This document shows, piece by piece, positions 8,581 through 17,968 of a stretch of 28,719 nt of DNA. Positions within the stretch are counted from its first letter, which is position 1. Every line of letters begins with the position of its first letter. The stretch covers positions 1-28,719 of the forward strand of contig CAXHZO010000024.1 of assembly GCA_964022095.1 (NCBI GenBank). Direction: 5' to 3'. Under the pieces are notes generated by a model that worked only from the letters and a program-made list of their open reading frames with translations, was not told the DNA's origin and did not search any database. Made by a program: the position numbers and the translations under genes. This DNA comes from an uncultured Arcobacteraceae bacterium. Lineage in GTDB: Bacteria > Campylobacterota > Campylobacteria > Campylobacterales > Arcobacteraceae.

Positions 8581-9784
8581 ATATAAAGGTTTTGATAGTA
8601 ATGGCAAAAAAATCAAATCAAAAGTCGAAGCTACTAATTTAAAAGAAGCAAAATCTAAATTAAAAGCAAAAGGCATTTTATATACTTCTGTTTATGAATA
8701 TAGTTTTAATTTTTCTAAGGTTTCATTTAAAAGAAAAAAGACTCTAAACCTATCAGCTCTTTCTTATTTAAGTAGAGATTTAAGCATATATTTAAATTCT
8801 GGAATCTCTTTGATCTCAGCTATAAATTTACTTGCTCAAAGATATAAAAATGACAAAAAATTAAGTTCATTTTTTGAATCAGTTGAAACATATTTAGATG
8901 AAGGGAAAACATTTTATCAAGCACTAGATTCTCAAAGAGCAATTAAGCTTCCAGAGTTTTATAAGCAATCAATAAAAATTAGTGAAAATGGCGGTTTACT
9001 AGAGTCTGTTTTACTAGAGTTATCAGTATTTTTAAAAGAACAAGATGCAATAAAAAAACAAGTTACTTCTGCTTTGGTTTATCCTTTGTTTATTCTTTTT
9101 ATATCATTTTTTATGGTTGGATTTATGTTAAGTGTAGTAGTTCCCAAAATTACTGGAATATTTGATAAAATAAATCAAGATTTACCAACAAGCACAAAAA
9201 TAGTTATATCTTTAGGAGACTTTTTTTCTAAAAACTATGATCTAATCATACTTGGTTTTATATTGATTGTTTCATCATTTGTTTTTTTACTAAAAAAATC
9301 TGCTACTTTTAAATATGCATTTGATAAATTTTGTTTGAAACTTCCATTTTTTTCAACTATGATAGAACAAGGTGAGTTAGCAAGGTTTTCTTATATGAAC
9401 TCAATTTTGATTAAATCAGGAGTTCCTATTGTTCAAGCTATAAATCTAAGTGCAAATATTTTAAAAAACTCAGTTATAAAAAAAGTTTTTGTTGATGCAA
9501 GTTCCAGTGTGGTTGAAGGTAAGAAACTCTCAACTTTGTTGCTTTCAAATAAAACATACAAGATAGATGAGGCTTTTATTCACTCAATAGCTATTGGTGA
9601 AGATACAAGTAAGTTATCTCAGATACTTAATAATCTTGCAAATTTATATAATGAGTCAAATAAAGACAAAACTAATATTTTTTTATCATTACTTGAACCA
9701 GTTTTTATGCTTTTTGTTGGTGTTACGATAGGTTTTATTGTAATTTCTATGTTGCTTCCAATTTTTTCTATGAATTTAGGTTGA
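8570..9784 (+). CDS. gspF: Type II secretion inner-membrane platform protein GspF
   Basis: LSIYLNSGISL, ISENGGLL, SALVYP, VVPKI, LIKSGVPI, IAIGEDTSKL, LLEP...ISMLLPI. Confidence 0.92.
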   Translation: MLFRYKGFDSNGKKIKSKVEATNLKEAKSKLKAKGILYTSVYEYSFNFSKVSFKRKKTLNLSALSYLSRDLSIYLNSGISLISAINLLAQRYKNDKKLSSFFESVETYLDEGKTFYQALDSQRAIKLPEFYKQSIKISENGGLLESVLLELSVFLKEQDAIKKQVTSALVYPLFILFISFFMVGFMLSVVVPKITGIFDKINQDLPTSTKIVISLGDFFSKNYDLIILGFILIVSSFVFLLKKSATFKYAFDKFCLKLPFFSTMIEQGELARFSYMNSILIKSGVPIVQAINLSANILKNSVIKKVFVDASSSVVEGKKLSTLLLSNKTYKIDEAFIHSIAIGEDTSKLSQILNNLANLYNESNKDKTNIFLSLLEPVFMLFVGVTIGFIVISMLLPIFSMNLG

Positions 9785-9785
9785 T

Positions 9786-10415
9786 ATGAAAAAATCAATT
9801 GTTTTATTAATTTCATTACTATTTATTACAGCTATTTCTGCATTAATTTTAAAAAACCTTGATGATACAGAGATTTACGTAAATGAGCAGAATAATAAAA
9901 TAAATAAAACTCAATCTTTGGCATTAGTGAAAAATCTACAAACCCAAATAAGTAGTTTAATTTCTAAAAATAAAGAAGAAGTACAAAATGTAGTAGAATC
10001 TAAATTTTTAGATTACTATCCTTTAAAAATTGATAACATTGACATGCTTTTCAAATTAGAAGTTTATGACAAAATTAATTTAAATGGTTTAAATGGTGAG
10101 AAGAAAATAAAAGAAGAAACAATTTCTAGATTAAATGATTTAGAAATTTATAATATTGATAATTTAAGTTATCTTTTAAAAGGTAATAAAATAAACTCTT
10201 ATAAGCAATTAGATAATATATTAAATAATTTTTCAAAAGAAACTTATGATGAAAAAATACTTGAAGTAAAAGAAGATTTAGGTTTTTTAGACACAAATAG
10301 TGGACAACTTTATGAGTTATTTATTAAATCAAAATTTTTAAAAGATTTTATTAATGCATATTATATTTTAGATAAAGAAGGAAAGGTAAAGTACTTTGAG
10401 CTTAGTTTCAAATAG
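9786..10415 (+). CDS. GspK-like minor pseudopilin
   Basis: MKKS|IVLLISLLFIT leader lacking Glu+5 (typical of GspK); KINLNGL motif; position before the L/M-like genes. Confidence 0.6.
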   Translation: MKKSIVLLISLLFITAISALILKNLDDTEIYVNEQNNKINKTQSLALVKNLQTQISSLISKNKEEVQNVVESKFLDYYPLKIDNIDMLFKLEVYDKINLNGLNGEKKIKEETISRLNDLEIYNIDNLSYLLKGNKINSYKQLDNILNNFSKETYDEKILEVKEDLGFLDTNSGQLYELFIKSKFLKDFINAYYILDKEGKVKYFELSFK

Positions 10416-11310
10416 AAGTAAAAAAGTTTTTTTATGCAAAAATACTAAGATAAATACCCAAAATAAAGTTGATATTATATTGTCTCCTGAGTTTTACTGG
10501 GTGAGAATTTTTAATATTCCTGTAAAATCTATAATGCAGGCAAGACACGTTCTTCCTACACTTTTTGAAGATGTTTTAGAAAATATTAGGGAACTTTCAT
10601 ATCAAGTAATAAAATTAAATGATGATAGATTTTTGTGTTTTGCATATGAAAATAAAAAAATATTTAGTGCAATCAAAGATAGTGGTGTTAATTTATCTTT
10701 AGTAAATTCAGTATATTTTGCACAAAATGAGTGTAAAGAAATATCTCAATTTAAGTGTGATCAAAAAGCTTTTTCATATACAAAAGATGAAATCTTAGTA
10801 AAAATACCAAACTCTTTATTATCTGAAGATATAGATATAAATGAAAAGATTCAAAATATTAGTTTATCTTCACACAAAGTAGATATTAAACTATACAATA
10901 ATCTTTTAAACTCAAAACAGATTTATTTGATTATCGCTGCTTGCGTATTATTCAGTATTGTAAATTTATTTAAAATATTTGATTATGAAAATGAAATAAG
11001 TAGTATTGATAAAAACATTAGTAGTCTAAAAAAAGATAATAATATGCCTTCAAGTATGCTTCAACTAAATTCAATAGTTGATACATATAAAAAAGATACA
11101 AAACAAGAAATTAAAAAAAGAGAATTAATTGACTATATATTTAAGTTTAAAAATGCAGATATTTTAAATATACAGCTAAATAAAGATGTAATAGAGATTA
11201 ATTTTACTAATGCAAATAAATTACTGATTGAAACGTACTTAAAAAAGAAGTATAAAATTATATCATCTCAAATAAAAGGTTTAAATTTGAACATTAGGAT
11301 TAAAATATGA
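10396..11310 (+). CDS. GspL-like bitopic assembly-platform protein
   Basis: Cytoplasmic N-terminal domain, single TM near residues 177-193, periplasmic coiled coil; position in gsp operon. Confidence 0.55.
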   Translation: MSLVSNRSKKVFLCKNTKINTQNKVDIILSPEFYWVRIFNIPVKSIMQARHVLPTLFEDVLENIRELSYQVIKLNDDRFLCFAYENKKIFSAIKDSGVNLSLVNSVYFAQNECKEISQFKCDQKAFSYTKDEILVKIPNSLLSEDIDINEKIQNISLSSHKVDIKLYNNLLNSKQIYLIIAACVLFSIVNLFKIFDYENEISSIDKNISSLKKDNNMPSSMLQLNSIVDTYKKDTKQEIKKRELIDYIFKFKNADILNIQLNKDVIEINFTNANKLLIETYLKKKYKIISSQIKGLNLNIRIKI

Positions 11311-11702
11311 AAAGATTAAATCCTTTATATTTAATTCTTCTTTTTTTAACTATTGCTTTTATTTCATTTTATGTTTTATCAAATAAAAAGAAAGAATATT
11401 TAGAAAAACTGTCTGAATACAACTCTTTTAGTCAAAAAGCAAAAGAGTATAATAGTTTAAAATCACAATGGACTAATGAGAGTTTTGTTACTCAAACTAT
11501 AAATAAAATTATAAAAAACAATGCATTTTCAAATGAAAAAATACTATTTGCACAAAATGGTAATTTAGTGAAAGTAAAAATAGAATCAAATAATCCAAAG
11601 GTATTAGATAATTTTTTAAATAAGATTTTAAATCAGCCAATAGTTTTAAAAAAACTTGATATAAAAAAAGATTCAATAAATATTGAAGTGAGTGTGAAAT
11701 AA
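11307..11702 (+). CDS. GspM-like protein
   Basis: N-terminal TM, coiled coil, C-terminal ferredoxin-like alpha/beta pattern; ATGA overlap with the L-like gene. Confidence 0.55.
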   Translation: MKRLNPLYLILLFLTIAFISFYVLSNKKKEYLEKLSEYNSFSQKAKEYNSLKSQWTNESFVTQTINKIIKNNAFSNEKILFAQNGNLVKVKIESNNPKVLDNFLNKILNQPIVLKKLDIKKDSINIEVSVK

Positions 11703-12229
11703 TGAAGTTTTTATTTAAAATGATAGTGTATATCTTAGTATTCTTAGTATTCTTATTTGTTTTTTTACCAAAGCAAAATATATATTTCAAAGCAGAAGAG
11801 CTAATATCAAAACAAGGTGTTATAATTTCAGATGAGGTAGTAAATGATGGTTTTAATTCACTTGAAATAAGTGCAGCTGAGGTTTACTTCAAAGATGTTT
11901 ATTTTGCTAATATAAATAAAATAGAAATGAGAAGTTTACTATTTCTTACAAAAATAAATATAGATCAGCTTAGATTCTCTCCATCTATATCAAAAATGGC
12001 TCCAAGTCCAATTTCAAAGATCTCTATTACTCACTCTATTTTAGATATTACAAAAGCAAGAATAGTTGGAAATAGTGATTTTGGAAGTCTTGATGGGTAT
12101 ATTGATTTTTTAAATAAAAAGGTAGTTTTAACATTAGATGCTAATAGTAAAATGAAAAGAAATTATTCAAATATATTAAGAATGATGAAACAAAAAGATG
12201 GAAGGTATACTTATGAATACAACTATTAA
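11702..12229 (+). CDS. GspN-like protein
   Basis: N-terminal TM ending in FLPK followed by beta-rich periplasmic region; sits between the M-like and C-like genes. Confidence 0.5.
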   Translation: MKFLFKMIVYILVFLVFLFVFLPKQNIYFKAEELISKQGVIISDEVVNDGFNSLEISAAEVYFKDVYFANINKIEMRSLLFLTKINIDQLRFSPSISKMAPSPISKISITHSILDITKARIVGNSDFGSLDGYIDFLNKKVVLTLDANSKMKRNYSNILRMMKQKDGRYTYEYNY

Positions 12230-13028
12230 TATTCTAATAAAAAAACTTCTTCCATTTATTTTTATAGCTTTACTTGCATATATTATAAATGCAATAATTT
12301 TTATATCTTTGCCAAAAAGTGGTATTGATTTAAGAACAAAAAATGAAACTACTTTAGAATTCAAAAAATATATTGGATTTTATAATAAGCCAAAAATATT
12401 AAAGAAAGAAACAACTATAAAAAAAGCAGAAGTTTCATCTTTAACAAAATATAAACTAAAAGCAATTTATTCAAAAGATGATAATAGTGGATGGATAAGT
12501 ATTGAAAATAATTCAGGCTCAAAAAGTTATATATTATCTCAATGGGAAGATATAGATGGATATATCTTAACTAAACTATATAGAACTCATGTGATTTTTG
12601 AAAAAGCTGCTGTTGAGTATAAGTTAGAACTAGAAAAAACAAAAGAGAATATCTCTTATGAAATGTCAAATATTAATAATAATATCAAAGAGAATATAGT
12701 TGTAAAAGATGATGTAGTTAAAGTTGATAGAAATTATCTAAATAGTTATGTAAATGATGTAAATAAAGTTTGGAATAATATAGCTATTAAAGAGATAAGA
12801 AAGAATAAGCAAATTGATGGATTTAAAGTTTTTAAAGTTGCAAAAGGGTCTGCTTTTGACAAGCTTGGCTTGAAGCAAGGAGATATTATAAAGTCTATTA
12901 ATAATAGAGTATTAAAATCTTATGCAGATGCTTTTAAAGTTTATAATGAAATAAACAATACACAATATCTAAATATCGAAATTTTAAGGAACAATGAAAT
13001 TATGGAGTTAAATTATGAAATTAATTAG
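12213..13028 (+). CDS. gspC: GspC-like protein with HR and PDZ domains
   Basis: TM, HR-like KLKAIY..GWISI..EDIDGYILTKL, PDZ GFKV..GSAFDKLGLKQGDIIKSIN..EILRN; start set at ATG 12213 (AAGG 7 nt upstream). Confidence 0.75.
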   Translation: MNTTINILIKKLLPFIFIALLAYIINAIIFISLPKSGIDLRTKNETTLEFKKYIGFYNKPKILKKETTIKKAEVSSLTKYKLKAIYSKDDNSGWISIENNSGSKSYILSQWEDIDGYILTKLYRTHVIFEKAAVEYKLELEKTKENISYEMSNINNNIKENIVVKDDVVKVDRNYLNSYVNDVNKVWNNIAIKEIRKNKQIDGFKVFKVAKGSAFDKLGLKQGDIIKSINNRVLKSYADAFKVYNEINNTQYLNIEILRNNEIMELNYEIN

Positions 13029-14964
13029 TGCAGCTTTTTTAGTATTAGTCTTAAGTTTGAACCTTTATGGTAAAGATGAAAAGATTAACATAAATTTTAA
13101 AGATTTAAAGATTATGGATTTAGTTAAGATTACTTCAAAAATCATTGACAAAAATATTTTGGTAACAGATCAAATTAAAGGAAATGTTGATTTTATCTCT
13201 AATAAACCTTTGAAAAAAAGTGAGTTAGTTTCAATACTAAATTATGTATTAGAAGATAAAGGTTTTACTTTAATTTCAAATAACGAAATTTTAAGAATAG
13301 TAAAATTAAATAATAGTGCGAAAAGTAATGTCCCTGTTTTGGGATTAAATGATTCAGATACCTTATCAATGGCAACTAGTATTTTTCCTGTATACAATGC
13401 AGATGTAGATTATATCGCTTCAAAAATTAGACATTTAATTTCAAAAAATGGAAAGCTTGTAACAAACAAAGAATCAAATTCTTTAGTAATTACAGATTTT
13501 ATGGAAAATATAAAAACAATAAAAAAAGTTGTTTCTATAATGACATATGGTGGTAAAAAAGATTCATTAATTGTAAACCTAGATAATGTTATTGCAAGTG
13601 ATGCAAAGAAAAATCTAGAAGCAATTTCAAAATCTAAATTTAATCAAAAAATAGAGACAGAAAAAGTAGCAATAGTTGATAATAAAGATAATAACTCTTT
13701 AGTATTAATTGGAAAAAAACAAAATATTAACTATTTAGCAAAATACATAAAAGACATAGATAAACAAGGTTCTTTAACAAAAAGGGAAGTTGAAGTAATG
13801 CCTTTAAAAAATGTAGAAGCAACTAATGTAATAAAGATTATTGATGCAATTATTGGTAAAAAAACATATGTAGATCCGAATAATAAACCTTTAGCTTCTA
13901 TTGATGAAGAATCAAACTCAATTGTTGTTATGGGACCATCTGATGAATTAGAGTATATAAAAGCACTTATAAATGAGCTTGATAAAGAAAAAGCACAAGT
14001 TTATGTTCAAGCTAGAATTATTGAAGTAAATGATGAATTAGTAGATCAAATTGGTGTTTCATATGGAGTATTTGGAGGAAGTACTGGAGATAAAGGGTTA
14101 GCTGCTTTTTCATCTAATTTAAATGGTGGTTCAAATGCAATTGATTTAGTTACTGGCGCTTTAAGTTTAGATATCCCTGATATTACTTCAGGACTTGCTC
14201 TTGGTGCTTCTTTAAATTTATTAAAGCAAAATGGCGCTTTAGATGTAGTATCTGAACCATCAATTTTAGCAATTAATAATAAAGAAAGTTCAATTTATGT
14301 GGGTGAAACAATTTCAGTTAAAACATCTTCAAGCATAACTGATGGAGGAACAACAAATGAAAACTTTAAAAGAGAAGATGTTGGACTTACTTTAAAAGTA
14401 AAACCAAGAATTTCTAATGATACAAAAGTTACATTAGAAATTAATACAGTATTAGAAGGTGTAAAGACTACTCAAACTACAAGTGGAAATGCAGATACTT
14501 CAAAAAAAGAGATTAAAACAACTGCTATTTTAAATAATGGTGAGAGTGTAATTATTGGTGGTTTAATAGAAAACAGAACAGAATCTACTAAACAAAAAAT
14601 ACCTTTACTAGGAGATATTCCTTTATTTGGTGAATTATTTAAAAATACTGCACAAAATACTAGAAAAAACAACTTAGTTGTAATTGTAACTCCATATTTA
14701 ATTCCAAAAACAAAAGATATAACTTTTGTTAGAAACCAATTAGCAGAACTTAAAAACTTAGAAGATAGATTTTTGGCTGACTCATTAGTTAGATTAAAAA
14801 AAGAATCATTAAGAAAGAAAATAAAAGAGCAAGAAAGAGATAAAGAGTTAGTTGAATTAGAAGAAAAATTAAAAGAAGTTGAATCAAAAGAAGATGATAA
14901 ATCAAGTATAACAGATAATGAATCTTTACATGAGCAAAGAGTTAAAGAGTTTTTAGGATACTAG
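13015..14964 (+). CDS. gspD: Type II secretion secretin GspD
   Basis: Signal peptide, ININFKD N0 domain, NolW-like N1-N3 repeats, QVYVQARIIEV, DVGLTLKVKPRI, KIPLLGDIPLFGELFK, LVVIVTP. Confidence 0.93.
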   Translation: MKLISAAFLVLVLSLNLYGKDEKININFKDLKIMDLVKITSKIIDKNILVTDQIKGNVDFISNKPLKKSELVSILNYVLEDKGFTLISNNEILRIVKLNNSAKSNVPVLGLNDSDTLSMATSIFPVYNADVDYIASKIRHLISKNGKLVTNKESNSLVITDFMENIKTIKKVVSIMTYGGKKDSLIVNLDNVIASDAKKNLEAISKSKFNQKIETEKVAIVDNKDNNSLVLIGKKQNINYLAKYIKDIDKQGSLTKREVEVMPLKNVEATNVIKIIDAIIGKKTYVDPNNKPLASIDEESNSIVVMGPSDELEYIKALINELDKEKAQVYVQARIIEVNDELVDQIGVSYGVFGGSTGDKGLAAFSSNLNGGSNAIDLVTGALSLDIPDITSGLALGASLNLLKQNGALDVVSEPSILAINNKESSIYVGETISVKTSSSITDGGTTNENFKREDVGLTLKVKPRISNDTKVTLEINTVLEGVKTTQTTSGNADTSKKEIKTTAILNNGESVIIGGLIENRTESTKQKIPLLGDIPLFGELFKNTAQNTRKNNLVVIVTPYLIPKTKDITFVRNQLAELKNLEDRFLADSLVRLKKESLRKKIKEQERDKELVELEEKLKEVESKEDDKSSITDNESLHEQRVKEFLGY

Positions 14965-14965
14965 T

Positions 14966-16468
14966 ATGAATATAAATGAAATACATAATCCAAATCTTCT
15001 TCCATATGATGAAATAGATTATACAAATGCTTTAAAAAACTATGTTTTATATACAAAACTTGATGATAAGGTAGTAATTGCTATATCTCAAGAGTATATG
15101 AGTTTATCTTTAGATTATCTAGGAAAGCAAGAATATGATCAAGAGATAATATTTTTAGATGAAATATCTTTTGAAAAACTTTATAATAGATTCTTAGAAA
15201 TTAGAACAGATAAAGAGATGAGTGCAATAGCACAAGAGCAAGAAGAAGCAAAGCTTGATGATGAAGATTTCTCTGTAAGTGAATTTTTAAAAGTTGGAAG
15301 TGATATTTTAACATCTGAAGAATCAGCACCTATTATCAAGTTTGTAAACTCACTTTTTTATCAAGCAATCAAGAAAAAATCTTCAGATATTCATATTGAA
15401 ATGCATGAGTATAAAGCTGAGGTAAGATATAGAGTTGATGGAGTTTTAGTAAAGCATATTGAGCTTGATAAAAATATTATGTCTTTAGTAATATCAAGAA
15501 TAAAAGTTATTTCAAATCTTGATATTTCTGAAAAAAGAATTCCTCAAGATGGTAGAACTCAAATTAAAATTGCAGGTAAGACTTTGGATATTAGGGTTTC
15601 GATTCTTCCAACTTTTTATGGTGAAAGAGTTGTAATGAGAATCTTAATGCAAAGTGAAGATATCTTAAGTGTGAGTGAATTAGGGTTTCCTACATATATA
15701 ACTGATGAGCTTGAAAATGTTTTGCGAAACTCATATGGAATGGTATTAGTAACAGGACCTACAGGAAGTGGTAAGTCTACAACTTTACATTCACTTTTAC
15801 ACCAAGTTGTAAGTGTGGAAAAAAATATCATAACTGTTGAAGATCCAGTGGAATACAAATCAAATAAGTTCTCGCAAATTCAAGTTAATGATAAAGTAGG
15901 GTTAACTTTTGCTAGTGGTCTTAGATCAATTTTAAGACAAGATCCAGATATTATTATGGTTGGAGAGATTAGAGATACTCAAACAGCATCTATTGCAGTT
16001 CAGTCAGCACTTACAGGACATTTACTCTTTTCAACACTACATACAAACAGAGCCCCAGCTGCTATTACAAGACTTATTGATATGGGAGTAGAGAAGTTTT
16101 TAATTTCATCTTCTCTTCTTGCTGTTTTAGCTCAAAGATTAGTTAGAAAATTGTGTGATGAGTGTAAATGTGAAGATGAATCTTTAGCCTCACACAAAAT
16201 TTATGGACTAGAATCAAGCAAGACTATATATAAAGCATCAGGGTGTAAGTCTTGCAACTTTACAGGTTATAGTGGACGAATTGCCATTGGAGAGCTTTTT
16301 ATTATTGATGAAGAGGTAAAAGAGTATTTAAAAGGTGATGTTGATGATAACACACTAATGAAACTTGCAGTTAAAAATGGAATGGTAAGTATTGACAAAC
16401 AATTAAAATTGATGTTAGAACATGGTGATACTTCAGTTGCAGAAGCTGTGAGAATAGGAATAAAATAG
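14966..16468 (+). CDS. gspE: Type II secretion ATPase GspE
   Basis: SSDIHIE, RIPQDGR, Walker A GPTGSGKST, TVEDPVE, LRQDPDIIMVGEIRD, LTGHLLFSTLHTN, Cys pairs CDEC...CKSC. Confidence 0.95.
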   Translation: MNINEIHNPNLLPYDEIDYTNALKNYVLYTKLDDKVVIAISQEYMSLSLDYLGKQEYDQEIIFLDEISFEKLYNRFLEIRTDKEMSAIAQEQEEAKLDDEDFSVSEFLKVGSDILTSEESAPIIKFVNSLFYQAIKKKSSDIHIEMHEYKAEVRYRVDGVLVKHIELDKNIMSLVISRIKVISNLDISEKRIPQDGRTQIKIAGKTLDIRVSILPTFYGERVVMRILMQSEDILSVSELGFPTYITDELENVLRNSYGMVLVTGPTGSGKSTTLHSLLHQVVSVEKNIITVEDPVEYKSNKFSQIQVNDKVGLTFASGLRSILRQDPDIIMVGEIRDTQTASIAVQSALTGHLLFSTLHTNRAPAAITRLIDMGVEKFLISSSLLAVLAQRLVRKLCDECKCEDESLASHKIYGLESSKTIYKASGCKSCNFTGYSGRIAIGELFIIDEEVKEYLKGDVDDNTLMKLAVKNGMVSIDKQLKLMLEHGDTSVAEAVRIGIK

Positions 16469-16867
16469 ATGAAAAAAGCTTTTTCTTTGATGGAAGTGAT
16501 TATTGCAATATCAATACTTAGTTTTGTAATGGTAACATTGCTTCAAATTAAAAGTGAGAATATTTTTCTAATTTCAAAAAGTGAAGAGATATCAAAAAAT
16601 AGTGAATACTTATTAGCAGCAATTAATTTAAATGAAGTAAATCAAAGAAATGAAAATCTCTTTTTAGATAGAAACTACAGTTTTGACAATGACGATTTAC
16701 GAAAAGAGTTTAAAGATAAAAAAATCAAAATCAAAGATGAAAAACTTAAAACAGATACTATTGATAATGATTATATGAAATTAAATCTTACAACTTATAC
16801 TACTACTTACAAGCTTGACAATAGTAATAGCAGTAAAAAAATCTATAGTTTTAAATTAGAGTTATAA
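16469..16867 (+). CDS. Minor pseudopilin, GspI-like
   Basis: KKA|FSLMEVIIAISIL prepilin leader; 132 aa. Confidence 0.7.
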   Translation: MKKAFSLMEVIIAISILSFVMVTLLQIKSENIFLISKSEEISKNSEYLLAAINLNEVNQRNENLFLDRNYSFDNDDLRKEFKDKKIKIKDEKLKTDTIDNDYMKLNLTTYTTTYKLDNSNSSKKIYSFKLEL

Positions 16868-17394
16868 TGAAGGTTGAGAAAATCAAACATATAGATAAAA
16901 AGGCTTTTACATTACTTGAAGTTACAATTTCTATTACTTTATTTATGATATTAGTTCTTTTTTTATATAAATCTTTAGACCAAACAAAACATACAAATAA
17001 AATATTTGAAAACAAGAAATATGAACTTCAAAAAGCAAATAATCTTAATAATATTTTTTTAGAAGATATTGCAGAGTCAATTTCATCTATAGATATTTTA
17101 AATGATAGTGATAAAAATTCTATTGTTAGGTTTAAATCAAATAATACTTATCATAATCCCTTCTTACAAAATATAACATACTTAATCAGCTCTAATGGCA
17201 TGTTAGTTAGAATTGAGAGTAAAGATAAGTTTAAAATGCAAGATTCATTATTAGATTTTTATGAAAATGCGTATATTGATATTTTATTAAAAGATATAGA
17301 GTATTTTGAAGTTAAAAATAATAAAGATGAAATTTTGCTTGTTATAAAGCAAAAAAATAAAAAAAGAGAGATTTATAAAGCATTTAAATTATAG
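16867..17394 (+). CDS. Minor pseudopilin, GspJ-like
   Basis: KKA|FTLLEVTISITL leader; FLEDI helix end; ITYLI...LVRIE. Confidence 0.7.
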   Translation: MKVEKIKHIDKKAFTLLEVTISITLFMILVLFLYKSLDQTKHTNKIFENKKYELQKANNLNNIFLEDIAESISSIDILNDSDKNSIVRFKSNNTYHNPFLQNITYLISSNGMLVRIESKDKFKMQDSLLDFYENAYIDILLKDIEYFEVKNNKDEILLVIKQKNKKREIYKAFKL

Positions 17395-17404
17395 GAGTTT
17401 ACGA

Positions 17405-17968
17405 GTGAAGTTTTTTGTATATTTAGTTTTTTCAATTACTATTTTGTTTTCTCAAGAAAATAAGACGGTAAAGACTTCTGAATTAGAGTTGTTTTTATTT
17501 AAAGTAGGGTTTGAATCACTTTTAAAAGATGTAAAAATAAATAAAGATAAGTCTTCTTTAAATGAAACAGAATTAGTAAAGCTTAATGAAAAAATAGAAT
17601 TAATCATGAATGAAATCTATAAAGATAAGAGAGTTTTAAATACAGATATAAATACAATTGAAAATAGTGAACTAATGAGCTTAAAAGAAGAAGTGAAAAA
17701 ATTAAGAGAAGAGATTAATCTTTTAAAAACTCAAAAAAGAAGTAATATTGTAGCTATTAAGAAAACTAAAAAAATAGTATCATCAAGTAAAAATGCAACT
17801 GTAAAAAATAAAGAAGTATTTTTAAGAGACAAAGCTCTTCCCACTGCACAAATTGTTGGAAAAGTGTACAAAGGAGATATTCTAGAGATTGAGACTTGTG
17901 ATAGGTTTGGTTGGTGTAAAATAAAAGATAAAGATGTTTTTATCTCTAAATTTACTTTAAATTTATGA
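17405..17968 (+). CDS. Exported coiled-coil + bacterial SH3 domain protein
   Basis: Signal-like N-terminus, heptad region, C-terminal VFLRDKA....IVGKVYKGDILEI....GWCKI.....FIS SH3b pattern; SD AGGAG, GTG start. Confidence 0.75.
   Translation: MKFFVYLVFSITILFSQENKTVKTSELELFLFKVGFESLLKDVKINKDKSSLNETELVKLNEKIELIMNEIYKDKRVLNTDINTIENSELMSLKEEVKKLREEINLLKTQKRSNIVAIKKTKKIVSSSKNATVKNKEVFLRDKALPTAQIVGKVYKGDILEIETCDRFGWCKIKDKDVFISKFTLNL

Noticed and set aside
7932..15858. Small minus-strand ORFs inside the gsp operon (7932-8150, 9619-9816, 11509-11790, 12176-12364, 14472-14672, 15616-15858)
   Set aside because: All lie opposite well-supported gsp genes and show no family signature.
7661..17968. T2SS operon as a recently acquired island
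   Set aside because: No integrase, transposase or flanking direct repeats seen, and no obvious compositional break by eye (not computed).
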